From Eledone cirrhosa (Eukaryota), in assembly GCA_964016885.1 (NCBI GenBank), contig OZ024740.1:435240001-435304000 (forward strand): a stretch of 64,000 nucleotides of DNA, written 5' to 3'. Both the position numbers and the translations under genes were made by a program. The notes under the pieces were generated by a model that was not told where the DNA came from, did not search any database, and worked only from the letters and a program-made list of their open reading frames with translations. This document shows, piece after piece, positions 1 through 10,725 of this stretch (the first letter of the stretch is position 1; the number at the start of each line of letters is the position of its first letter).

Positions 1-283
1 TGGCTTTGTGCAGTGCCTTTGCTCACTATAAAAGCTTCACAGCACAGGCATTGCTTTGTATCTAGAGATCTCTCTGCACTTGTCATCACATGGTACCATG
101 GGCCCTGCACTATGTGTCAATAATGGTCACAAGTGTAGTCTTTGTACCAGAGTTTTCAAGTCGCTGGCTGGACTAAAGTCACATTCGTTCAGCGCATCGG
201 TAGGGGTTCTCCTACATGGATATAAAGTAGTGGCCGTACTCGAAAACGAGTTGGCAGCCACCATGTATGTATGTATGTATGTA
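1..283 (+). mobile_element. 3' end of an RTE-clade LINE (C-terminal C2H2-like motif plus (TATG)n tail)
   Basis: Translation HKCSLCTRVFKSLAGLKSH (~127-185) matches the CxxC...FxSxxGLxSH motif at RTE ORF C-termini. A short 3' region follows and ends in ATGT repeats at 263-283. Confidence 0.6.
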
Positions 284-339
284 AGTTTAACTAAGACCAA
301 GGTGATGTACACCCTAGCACCAGTAGAACCTTACGTGGT

Positions 340-622
340 GTTAGATATCTATGTGATTGTGACTAGTTTGGTGGTGGTGGATGTGTTCGTGTATCAGGGT
401 AGTACTCTATCAAGGGTCTGGTGCTCAGATGCAGAAATATATGTTTTAGTAGAGAAGTCAAGTACTTCATTTGGAAAATTAGTGGAAAGGTGTGTTTCCA
501 GTTTTGTTGTATGGTTGATAATCATGGACCACACAAGATACTTGAAAGGTTCCACCAAAAGTACATTGGTCGGATCTTTGATATTAACTGGAGAACCATG
601 ACACCTGATACTGAAGTTTTAA
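340..622 (+). mobile_element. Decayed RTE-clade LINE fragment (post-RT region)
   Basis: Two frames give VVDVFVYQGSTLSR...AEIYVLVEKSSTSFGKL and LERFHQKYIGRIFDINWRTMTPDTEVL. These resemble RTE motifs FxYLGSxLS, IxKASxAFGRL and LERFHQRCLRxILxIxW. Confidence 0.75.
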
Positions 623-653
623 AGTTTACTTTAAAGAAGGGCTGAATGTGACT

Positions 654-734
654 GCTGTGGTGGCCGAGTGGTTAAGGCGTTGGGCTCGAAATCCAATGGG
701 CAATACCCGCGTCGGTTCAAATCCTGCCGCTGCT
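654..734 (+). tRNA. tRNA-Ser(CGA), probably degenerate or a pseudogene
   Basis: Reads GCTGTGG TG GCC GAGTGGTTAA GGC G TTGGG CTCGAAA TCCAA, then a long variable arm (GGG-CAATA-CCC) and B box GGTTCAAATCC, followed by T5. The T-stem has a mismatch, and the 3' acceptor strand is imperfect and about 1 nt short. Confidence 0.8.
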
Positions 735-1341
735 TTTTCTTTGTATTACTTTTATATATATTTTAATTATATATTTTGTTTTATATTCTACAGTTTCTCA
801 TCAACTTTAATAGTTTTTAGGATTCCCCAGTTCAGCAGCCAGTACGTTAAAGAAAATTGATAGTTACAAAAATAAAGGCTAAACAGAGAACAAATGTTTT
901 AACAAACTTTACAATAATTTGTACAACCATAATGGAAATTCCAAGTAACAGAAAATACATAAATTACATTGTTAGAGCCTCAGAGTATACAATATTTTTG
1001 CTCGGCCCTCGGGAGAAAAGATGAAGAGATTGTTTGGCGATCTCACCCTAGAGCATCCTACATACAATTGACCATGGGAGAAGCATGGTTTTCCCAGATG
1101 AAGGCCAGCCACTTTTAGGGTTTGACCCTGAGCTTTGTTGATGGTTATCGCGAAGCTTAGTCTCTCTGTTGCTCTAGTAGCATTTTTTCTTCTGGAAAAT
1201 CTAATCTTTCGGCCAAGCTGGGACTTTTTGAGTGGCATATCGGCAGTAACAATGACGATAAGCCGCCTGTGCTTTCGTGAAATAAATACGTTTGTTTATA
1301 TTTTGTTTTTGTGTATGCAAAAATATCTGTACACGAATATA

Positions 1342-1385
<44 letters not shown>

Positions 1386-1894
1386 TAACAGATTAAAGTT
1401 TAAGCAAAGAATCGCTGCTTTCACCCTTAACGGGATCTTCTGAAACTAAAAAAATCAATCTGTGAACGCAGAAGTAAATATTTCGAAAACCGTTATTAAT
1501 TAAAAGTTGGTTAGAAGCGAAGTCAATGCAGACAGGCAGACAGACAGACAGATATTATAGCGTGCGACGTTATAGCTATGTATCTAATGCAGACAGTCAG
1601 TCATACAGAGACATATTATAAGGGTGCGCCGTTATAGCTATGTATCTATCTAAAATGACAGATTAAGAAAGATAGAGGAATGTCGTATAACCGGAAGTGT
1701 TGACATTTGAAATTTTAAAGAAGTGAATATTTAAATAATGTCTTTAATCTTTTAACGAAATTCAGTAGAGAAAAATACCCTCACTTTTTTACTTGGAGAA
1801 AGTTACCTCTATGGTGCAAATTTGGTGCTGTTTGGTCCAGTCGTTTGGAGGAAAGTTTATTACCTACACACGGCCGTCAGCTTTATAGTATAGA
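735..1894 (-). mobile_element. Internally deleted Helitron (5' TC terminus plus RepHel C-terminal remnant)
   Basis: The minus strand begins A|TCTATACTATAAAG at 1894, a typical Helitron 5' end, and contains Pif1-family helicase C-terminal motifs. No 3' CTAG terminus was found, so the left boundary is approximate. Confidence 0.7.
972..1238 (-). pseudogene. Helitron RepHel remnant: basic N-terminal peptide fused to Pif1 helicase C-terminus
   Basis: RLSFAITINKAQGQTLKVAGLHLGKPCFSHGQLYVGCSRV corresponds to Pif1 helicase motifs V/VI (TINKSQGQT, FSHGQLYVALSR). Confidence 0.85.
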
Positions 1895-1929
1895 TAGCTT
1901 CATATAACGACATAGGACAGCTGTATCAC

Positions 1930-2758
1930 TACATATAGATACACATATATATACATACATATACATACATATATATATACATATATACACATACATACAT
2001 ATACATACACATACATACACATGCATACACATGCAGACACACACTCACATACACACACATATACACACACTACACACACATATATATACACATGCATACA
2101 CACACATACACACACACACTCACATACATACACATACATACACATACATACACACACACTCACATACACACACACACACACACATGCAAACACACACACA
2201 CTCACATACACATGCAGACACAGACACACTCACATACACATGCAGACACACACACACATACACACACACACACAACATTATTTACTGATTACATGCAGGC
2301 ACACATGCACACACACACACACACATGCACACGCATGCACACACATACACGGAGCACATACACACGCACACAGAGACACAAACACACACACACAGACACA
2401 CACACAGACACAAACAGATGCACACACACGCACAACATTATTTACTGATTCACACACCCAGCCATCATTACTTCACACATTCTTGTCCACATCACGTGAC
2501 CTAATGTCACCCCTTAATCCTATCCACCCCACCCCACATTTTCTTTTCTCTTTTTTCCTAACGTCTCTTCCACTCTCAATTGATGAACGACTAATGTCCG
2601 ACACGTTGATGCCCCCCCCCCCCTTTCTCACAAACACTAACCTAATAATTTGTTCTTCATGTTGTTTATGTTTTCATTGGTTCTCATTGTTGGCCTTGCA
2701 CACTATATATGTGTGTGTGTGTGTGTATGTATGACTGTATATATGTGTGTATATATGT

Positions 2759-2812
<54 letters not shown>

Positions 2813-3535
2813 ATGTGTACATATATACACCGCATGGGCCGGGGCCGGCTGACACGGAGCCCACTGCCACCCGGTCTTGTGCAATAAACGTATAGAACAG
2901 CACACCCCAGCCACGGTGCCATGCCCCATGGCGACCGTGACAGGCGTCACATTGAATGTGTACACCGTCAATCGTGACTATATACTCTACACCTGTTCCA
3001 CTTTGGAACAGTGATTATTAATATAATTATTGTTCTATCATTGTTCTGTTACTGTTACCTGTTCTATACAAGGACACAAGTTTGCATCTAATAACACCTG
3101 TGTATAGTATATCGCATGGACACACGCACCTTCTCCTGGTACCCCCCCCCCCCCGTTTTTTATTTTTTATTTTACCCGTTCCTTTATTTTACCCGTTCTT
3201 TTCTTGTACCTATTTATGCAGTTACACAGATTTTAATGTACCCTAAAATATTGTAAATTTATTTATTTATTTTATTTTATTATCATATTGGATTTATATT
3301 CACGTGTTTTTATGTGTGAACATGTGTGTGGGTATATGTGCGTGTGTGTGTGAGTAGATGCGTATGTATGCATATATATACGTGGGTGTGTGCTGGGGTG
3401 TGTGTATGGGCATGGGTGGTTGAGTGCACGAGCTTATACGCGCCTGTATGTGCAGACATGTGCATATATATACATATGTGGCGGAATGTGGGTGTATGTG
3501 TGTGTGGGTATGCGTATATGTGTGTCTATATATGA

Positions 3536-3578
<43 letters not shown>

Positions 3579-4088
3579 TATGTGTGTATGTGTGAGTATG
3601 TACGTATAGCCACGTTTGAGCAGGTGTGTGTGTGCGTGGGTGGGTAAGTGTGCGTATATATATGTGTGTGTGTATGTGTATATATGTGGATGTGGATGTG
3701 GGTGCAGGTGCATGTATATGTGTGTACATGTATTTGTGCATACAAGTATGTGTTTATGTGCATCTCATAGGAATGTGCGCGGATGATTATATATGGACTA
3801 TATATGCTTTTTATTATTACTATTAACTGAGGTTAACTTTGCCTTTCATCCTTACGGGGTCGATAAAATAAAGTACCAGTAATGCACTGGGTAATTGCTG
3901 GCCTTGTGCCAAAAAGTAGAAAAAAAAGAAGAAAAAAAATTATTACTATTATTCTTGTATTATTTTATCACATATCCTATATATATATCCGTATATATCC
4001 GTATATGTATGTATGAGTCTGAGTACGTGTATGTGTGTGTATGTGTGTGTGTATATATATGTATATGTGTGTATATATATATAATAGG

Positions 4089-4139
<51 letters not shown>

Positions 4140-4597
4140 TATTGCATATTATATTACATTGTATATTTTATTTTTTTATGTTACTGTAATTTACCGTTGT
4201 TTTGTGGTATATTGTTCTTATTGCATAATGTATTTTTAACTGTTCACTTACAGGTGTGTTTATATATGTATATGTGGTAGCACATGTGTGTGTAGGCAGA
4301 TATGCATGCGTGCAGGTTTATGCGTGTGGCAACACGTATGCGTATGCATGTGTAAATGTATGTATATCGGCATATGTGTGGGTATGTGTATGTATATGTG
4401 TGGATGTGAGAACGCATGTTATGTTGTCTATTTTCTTTTGTGTGTATATATCTATATATATGTATATAAATATATATATATATGTGTGTGTGTGCGTATA
4501 TGTACGTGTGTAGGTAATGTTTATGTACGTATGTGTATTCATATGTATGTGTGGACATGTGTGAGTATACATTTATATATGTATGTGTGTGTATGTA

Positions 4598-4661
<64 letters not shown>

Positions 4662-5100
4662 TATACACATGTGTGTATTTATGTATGTGTATGTATATAT
4701 GTGTGTGTATGAGTGTGTATATATATATATATAGATATATATAGATATTTAAATGTATAGAAGGTTGGGCGTATGTATATGTGCACGCGTATGTATGTGT
4801 ATATATGTGTATGTTTGAGTAGGATATGCTTATCCCAAATGATACAGAGCGCGAAGTAAACAGCCGTCAGAAGGCTCGTGGCGGTATGTATCAACAAGGG
4901 GATGTAAATGGGTCCGTGTAAGTGAGGGAGAGACGGTGTGTGAGTATATATACTTCGATGTATGTAGGTGGGGGTGTGTGTGTCTGAGCGTGTAGGCGTA
5001 CGTGTATGTATGCATAGATGGGTGTGTTATTATGTGTGTATTATGTGTGTATTATGTCTGCATGTGTGTGTGTTATTATGTGTGTATTTTAGTATGTGTG
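1930..5100. repeat. Compound (AC)n/(AT)n/(GT)n microsatellite field with short unique islands
   Basis: Directly visible alternating purine-pyrimidine repeats. They produce the His/Thr, Val/Cys and Ile/Tyr ORFs in the track. Confidence 0.95.
3826..3955 (+). mobile_element. 3' part of a SINE (central conserved domain plus tail)
   Basis: CTTTGCCTTTCATCCTTACGGGGTCGATAAAATAAAGTACCAG resembles the conserved central domain of metazoan tRNA-derived SINEs (recalled). It ends in an A-rich and (ATT)-like tail. Confidence 0.65.
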
Positions 5101-5547
5101 GGTGCTTACTCTGAAGTGTGAGCAGACGTGTGAAGCATAACTCCATTGAAATGTGTCGGACGGAAAAATGGTTGATGAACCGTGTGGTAGCAGATACTGA
5201 CCAGAACTTGTGATGACGTGGAGTAAAAACAGCCAATGGCATAACAAGAGTGGAAAGAGGGTTTTTTGAGGGTGTTTTTTTGATGATAACACCCCAGTGA
5301 TAAAATTTGCTCCGGACGAAACACCAGTGTCTGAAAGACCCGCAGAAGTAGAATCAGCCAGATCCATACAAGGACCACGTCTCGAGCTACATGCCGGCGA
5401 AACATTTGTAACACGAAATAAACTAAGTCCAGATGCATCACTGATTCTTCGTTTTCTTTAGAATATCTACACTCTACTCTGATGAATATCGAGTGCGAAT
5501 TTTGGCATACCGCCTATGGAAGCACCATAGCTACCACTATACACAAC

Positions 5548-5579
<32 letters not shown>

Positions 5580-5580
5580 A

Positions 5581-6672
5581 ACATCAATAACAAGTGGGAT
5601 GCCCCAAGGCACAGTCCTGGGACCACTACTGTTTTTGGTGGCTCTCTCAGACATGCCCTCTGTAGTACATACAACATTCCTCACTAGCTATGCTGATTAC
5701 ACTAAGGTAGCACAGGCAATCAAAAACCCGGCTGACGCTGCTCTTTTACAACAAGATCTGGATGTCATATACAAATGGGCGGAAGACAAGAACATGCAGT
5801 TTAATACTGGCAAATTTCAAGCCCTACAATACAAACCTGAAAACACAAATACAGTACAACACAGTTACAGTGGACCAGGAGGGGCCGAAATTCCCGTGTA
5901 GAAATCGATACGAGACCTGCGTATAGACATGAGAGATTATGCAACTTTTTCATCACACATCATGAAAGTGACGACAATGTGCAGACGACTCGCTGGCTGG
6001 ATCTTGAGGACTTTCCGGACAAGAGACCGAGAGACTATGTTGAAACTATGGAGGACATTTGTCCTAAGCCGCCTGGACTATTGCTCCCAGCTGTGGTCAC
6101 CCAATAGTGTCAAACTAACCACGGAGCTTGAGGCAATCCAGCGAAGCTACATCAAGAGGATTGCCACGATGAAGGAGATAAGCTACTGGGAGAGGTTAAA
6201 AGAACTGAACCTCTAATCCTTGGAACGAAGGCGGGAGAAATACGCAGTGATATACATGTGGCAAACCCTGGAGGGACTAACACCAAACTTTGGCATTGGG
6301 AGCTGGACCAACCTCCGAACAAGACGTCACTGCGTGGTGCCAAAGGTCCCGTCTTCCACACCTAGAATAAGGAGCAGATATTGCAATAGCCTGGGGTTCA
6401 AGGGCCCTCAACTCTTCAACAAGCTGCCGAGGGATCTGAGAGATCTGCACGGTGTGGAGGTGGATGTTTTCAAGAAACATCTCGACACCTTGCTATCCAG
6501 GATCCCGGATGAGCCCACAGCAAGGCACAAGGGAAACCTAAGAGCAGCAGCAACGAACTCCCTCTTGCACCAGTGGTCAACCATAACAGGCTGGAGATAA
6601 AATGTGCAGCAACAAGGGCTGTTCCCCAGCATGGCCTCAGCCGGATGGCTGGAACAGGTAAAAGAGTAAAAG
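5581..6672 (+). mobile_element. 5'-truncated CR1-group LINE (RT C-terminal half), inactivated
   Basis: Motifs SGMPQGTVLGPLLFL, SYADYTKV (YADD variant), LQQDLDVIYKW, RLDYCSQLWSP and YWERLKELNL*SLERRR, with in-frame stops. Short GTAAAAGA repeat tail. Confidence 0.9.
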
Positions 6673-6759
6673 AATATATATATACTCTTTGCTTAAACTT
6701 TAATCTGTTATTTTAATAAATATTTGCTCTAGGGTTCTTATATTTTTTATATATATTTA

Positions 6760-7290
6760 TCCTTACCGAGCCCTCTTTGGATTTTAGTATTCTTAGCCGA
6801 GAAGGGCAGGCAGTTTTTATCTGTCTGGTGGCCATGGCGAAAGAGATAGTATGGTGGACGCGTCTGAAAGGGCTGAAGACGAGCATTTACCTCTTCGGTG
6901 ATGCCCTGATTAACTTTTTCAAATTTCATTTGAAAAGGAAAATCAGGGTAGAGAGGGAAGTGCTCTCTTCCCAGCATTTTGTTGAAAGATGGGTGAGAGA
7001 GGCAAGAATGGCCCGAGTGAGTATATGCCTGTAAATTGAAGGTGGAAAACTGGGAGAAGGCACTTGCCCTGGTGGTCAGGGTTACCGTGGATTTTTTTAA
7101 TGGGCTTTCTCCACGATGGCCCTCGGAAGTCTCCCCCCTATTGGGGAATTTTTTCATTGTTCTTTTTTTGTTACATCCTCTGTTTTGGGGGGGGGTTTAC
7201 ACGCAGAAATGCCGATTTGTACCGTCCTGTATTGTCCTGTACTGTCCTTAATGTCTACTTTGTGTAAACCCTTGTGGTTAATAAAGAAAG

Positions 7291-7330
<40 letters not shown>
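6760..7330 (+). mobile_element. 5'-truncated Tx1-like (L1 group) LINE 3' end with (ATT)n tail
   Basis: GQAVFICLVAMAKEIVWWTRLKGL...IRVEREVL...ERWV..ARMAR is clearly homologous to the ORF2 C-terminus at 58924-59200. It ends in CCCTTGTGGTTAATAAAGAAAG followed by (ATT)n. Confidence 0.85.
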
Positions 7331-7562
7331 TTTGAGTCTCAGTCATTGATGTTAGTTAACTGGAAAGTTTGTTGAAATGAATATCAAGCCACTACCTGCA
7401 GCCTCAGATATTCAGGACGTATCGGAGAGGTCATGCTGTTCCCAGCAAGCATGCCTTTTGAAGTGTTCCAAAAAGCGGGACGGGGCCAATTTTCTTTAAC
7501 CATCCCTGGAAACTTTTTGAGATAGTACCTAGTGCGCCTATTATTATTATTATTATTATTAT

Positions 7563-7599
<37 letters not shown>

Positions 7600-7816
7600 T
7601 ATGTATACGTACATACATATATGTATACAAACATACAGTAGTATGTATATATATATATATACATATATACTTACATGCACACATATATATATATGTACGT
7701 ATGGATTCACCGAACACTTATTATAATACTCGGTGTGTTTGTAAACAAACATCCCGAATTAAGCCGTACAGTGTCTAGCAACCATCGTTGCTCATTTGTT
7801 CAACACTGACAAAGGA

Positions 7817-7859
7817 ACGCTGTACTAGTTTCAAGCTTATTAGCTATCGTCAGCAACGT
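7817..7859 (-). ncRNA. Minimal type I hammerhead ribozyme, copy 1
   Basis: Minus strand reads ACGTTG-CTGACGA-t AGCT aata AGCT t-GAAAC TA GTA-CAGCGT. It has a 6-bp stem I (one G:U), the CUGANGA and GAAA cores, a 4-bp stem II, palindromic minimal stem III ACTAGT and a GUA cleavage triplet. Confidence 0.75.
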
Positions 7860-8085
7860 ATAGCTTCCTGCCAGATGATTGAACGTCCGAAAGTATATAC
7901 TTTCCTTGTGCATATTAACGGCTGAGCAGCCTAATTTGCATCTCGAGTGAGTTAATCGGCCGGGTGCACCGAAAACGATAAACGGAAAAAATGAAACGAA
8001 ATTTCATTTCTCACTCTTAGTACGGCTGTTACTTAAATATAAGTATGTATACGTATATACATATATGTATACAGACGTACAGTAG

Positions 8086-8169
<84 letters not shown>

Positions 8170-8324
8170 TATACATATATACTTACATGCACACATATAT
8201 ATATGTACGTATGGATTCACCGAACACTTATTATAATACTCGGTGTGTTTGTAAACAAACATCCCGAATTAAGCCGTAGTGTCTAGCAACCATCGTTGCT
8301 CATTTGTTCAACACTGACAAAGGA

Positions 8325-8367
8325 ACGCTGTACTAGTTTCAAGCTTATTAGCTATCGTCAGCAACGT
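8325..8367 (-). ncRNA. Minimal type I hammerhead ribozyme, copy 2
   Basis: Identical in sequence to copy 1, 508 bp away. Confidence 0.75.
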
Positions 8368-8580
8368 ATACCTTCCTGTCAGATGGTTGAACGTCTGAAA
8401 GTATATACTTTCCTTATGCATATTAACGGCTGAGCAGCCTAATTTGCATCTCGAGTGAGTTAATCGGCCGGGGTATCGAAAACGATAAACGATATACATA
8501 TATGTATGTACGTATACATACTTATATTTAAGTAACAGCCGTACTTAGAGTGGGAAATGAAATTTCGTTTCATTTTTTCC

Positions 8581-8629
<49 letters not shown>

Positions 8630-8676
8630 TACACATATATATATATACACACACATATATATATATATATAAATAC

Positions 8677-8709
<33 letters not shown>

Positions 8710-8742
8710 GGGGGGTGTATACATATATACATACACACACAT

Positions 8743-8791
<49 letters not shown>

Positions 8792-9155
8792 AAGTGCAAG
8801 CTATACATATATATATACATGTACAGGTGTGTGAGGGGGCGATATTTTCGCCTCGATTCAGACAATAATTCTCAACGATTCTTGCTAAGAGACACTAGTG
8901 AATATTTAGGTTTTTGTATTGTTTCTTACCGCCAACACCAGAGCAGTGTTAGCACCAATAAACTATTGATCTCTAGTCCAAGGTGCATCCATGCTATAGT
9001 CTTTCTTGTTAACATGTCTCGTAATATCTTCACTAACGACAGACAGAATGAAACAAACATTAGAACCGAGGATATAGCGGCTGCTTTAAACATTATATAA
9101 CAATATGTCAATCAACTAATTTAGCATTTTGTCTGTGTTTGTGTGAGGGCTGAAC

Positions 9156-9598
9156 GGCGTGTAGCTTAATGGTTAGGGTGTCCGGTTCACGGTCCTAACG
9201 TTTTAACTCTTTAGCATTCACATTACTTTATATTTACTATTATATTTTCACAGTAAAGGTTTTTCCTCACATAATTATCTCACATATATCGAATCTACGA
9301 GATTTTGATATTATTTATTTTGAGAAAAATACCTTAACCTTAGTATGAACATCCGGTGACGGCCAGTTGGAACAGAAAGAGGTGAGAGAATTCTGGCCAG
9401 ATATGGCCGGTTTAAATGCTAAAGGGTTAAATTTGATTCCTGGCGGTGCATTGTGACATTGAGCAAGACATTTTATTTCACGTTGCTACTGTTCACTCAG
9501 TGAATTACGCTAGTTTTATCATACAATGGTGCCACGTTCAGGACGCACATCTCTGTCGAATGCTCAGCCACTTTCATGAGAAAGCTGTTCTGTTTTTC
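9156..9598 (+). mobile_element. tRNA-derived SINE interrupted by a MITE
   Basis: A-box head GGCGTGTAGCTTAATGGTTAGGG. The B-box remnant TTTGATTCC resumes after the insert, followed by TTGAGCAAGACATTTTATTTCAC. Bases 9550-9575 match the reverse complement of ~17115-17135. Confidence 0.75.
9207..9426. mobile_element. TTAA-specific (piggyBac-type) MITE
   Basis: TTAA|CTCTTTAGCATT ... AATGCTAAAGGG|TTAA: 12-bp TIRs with one mismatch, and TTAA duplicated at 9203-9206 and 9427-9430. Confidence 0.85.
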
Positions 9599-9609
9599 GT
9601 AAAAAGCAT

Positions 9610-9870
9610 ATTTTGAATTGAGGTATTCATTGGTAGATTTTAAACACTTGAGTATTCATATTTTTAGCGGGTACAAAGCCCACCTTTCTTAAATCCGTTA
9701 ATACAGGGAGAGGGTTCTAGTATTCTTCATGTTATTTTGTGGAGTATCTTTAATTTCCATACATGTATCCCTAGGGCAGTCACTGCTTCGGGGTGTCTGA
9801 AGGTCTAGACATGTAAGTAAAATCTTTGGTTAAATCTGACTTGGACCAAATCTATCTTTTTCTGATCAAG
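9610..9870 (-). pseudogene. Penelope-like element GIY-YIG endonuclease C-terminal remnant
   Basis: Manual translation gives FNQRFYLHV*TFRHPEAVTALGIHVWKLK...IT*RILEPSPCINGFKKGGLCTR*K. This resembles the PLE pattern FKxRxxxHxxSF...TxLSxHIWxLK...IxWxIL...CxLCxxEK. It is absent from the ORF track because of stops. Confidence 0.7.
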
Positions 9871-10067
9871 TTATCATGAACTGGGACTAAACCCGAGACC
9901 ACTCATGTATGTATCAATTTATTCTTTTTTTTTGTTTATATAGATATGTGTGTGTGTATATATATATGGTATGTGTGTGTGTGTGCATGTCAGTGTATGT
10001 GTATATGTTGATATGTAAGTGTGTCTCTGTGTGTATGTGTGTGTGTTTGTGATGTCCCAGAATTGCA

Positions 10068-10725
10068 GTTAATCTTCCTCTTATCCCGAGAGAGTCGTAG
10101 GGGCAGAGTCCCCAAACACTCTTTCCATCGGGTCCTGTCACAAGCAACCGTCTCCAATTGATCTGGCTGAATCCCCAAGAGAGACCAACCAAGCTCGTGG
10201 ATGTTATCCAACCATCTTGCTCGGGATCTACCTCAAGCTCTACAGTCGGTTGGTATTGTTCGTAAAATCTGTCCAGTAATTCTTTCCTGAGACCTACTAA
10301 CCACGTGTCCATAGTATCGGAGTTGTTATCTCTCAGTTTAGAGAAGTAGTGGCTCTACCTGGAGTGACTCTCTCATCTCTGAGCTACGTACTCTATTGGG
10401 TAACGTTACTCCAAAGAACCTTCTGGGGGAACCCCATTTTGCCGCTTGTATTCGCGATCGTATTCTTTCGATTATTACCCAAGACTCGTGACCAAAGGTA
10501 AAGGTTGGCACAAAAACCGAATTGAAGATAGCGAGTTTGGCTTTTACACCTACCTCCCTTCTTCTGATTACAGAATGCTGAAGTTGGTGCATTACTGCAT
10601 CAGCTCCAGCAATTCTTGCACTTAATTCAGCCTCCTGCCTTCCCTCACTTGTGAACACCACCCCGAGATACTTGAACTTCTCCACCTGCTTCAGTGAAAC
10701 TCTATTCACATGGAGAGTGTTTTGC
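10068..10725 (-). mobile_element. 5'-truncated RTE-clade LINE 3' portion
   Basis: LKQVEKFKYLGVVFTSEGRQEAELSARI...KAKLAIFNSVFVPTFTFGHESWV...RVRSSEMRESLQVEPLLL, then frameshifted RPRTRWMDNI...DRTRWK. These are typical RTE (Rex3/Expander-like) C-terminal motifs. Confidence 0.9.

Larger units (their letters stand above)
7597..8585 (-). repeat. Two tandem ~508-bp hammerhead-containing units plus a ~90-bp inverted copy (Penelope pLTR/retrozyme-like)
   Basis: Bases 7700-7984 recur almost identically at 8210-8491. Bases 8495-8585 are the reverse complement of ~7979-8070. Confidence 0.8.

Noticed and set aside
56-601. Host C2H2 zinc-finger gene
   Set aside because: It is a single incomplete finger at a LINE 3' end. 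The ORF runs through a (TATG)n tail into a second LINE fragment.
4835-4875. Hammerhead remnant (AAACAGCCGTCAGAAGG), and CTGATGA at ~5479
   Set aside because: Neither site has both core boxes with supporting stems.
1900-5242. Many His/Thr-, Val/Cys- and Ile/Tyr-rich ORFs
   Set aside because: They are translations of dinucleotide microsatellites. The same applies at 7384-8868, 10823-11047 and 63042-63717.
7440-7535. Mariner-like right TIR (...GAAACTTTTTGAGATAGTACCT)
   Set aside because: The resemblance is from memory only. No partner TIR or transposase is nearby.
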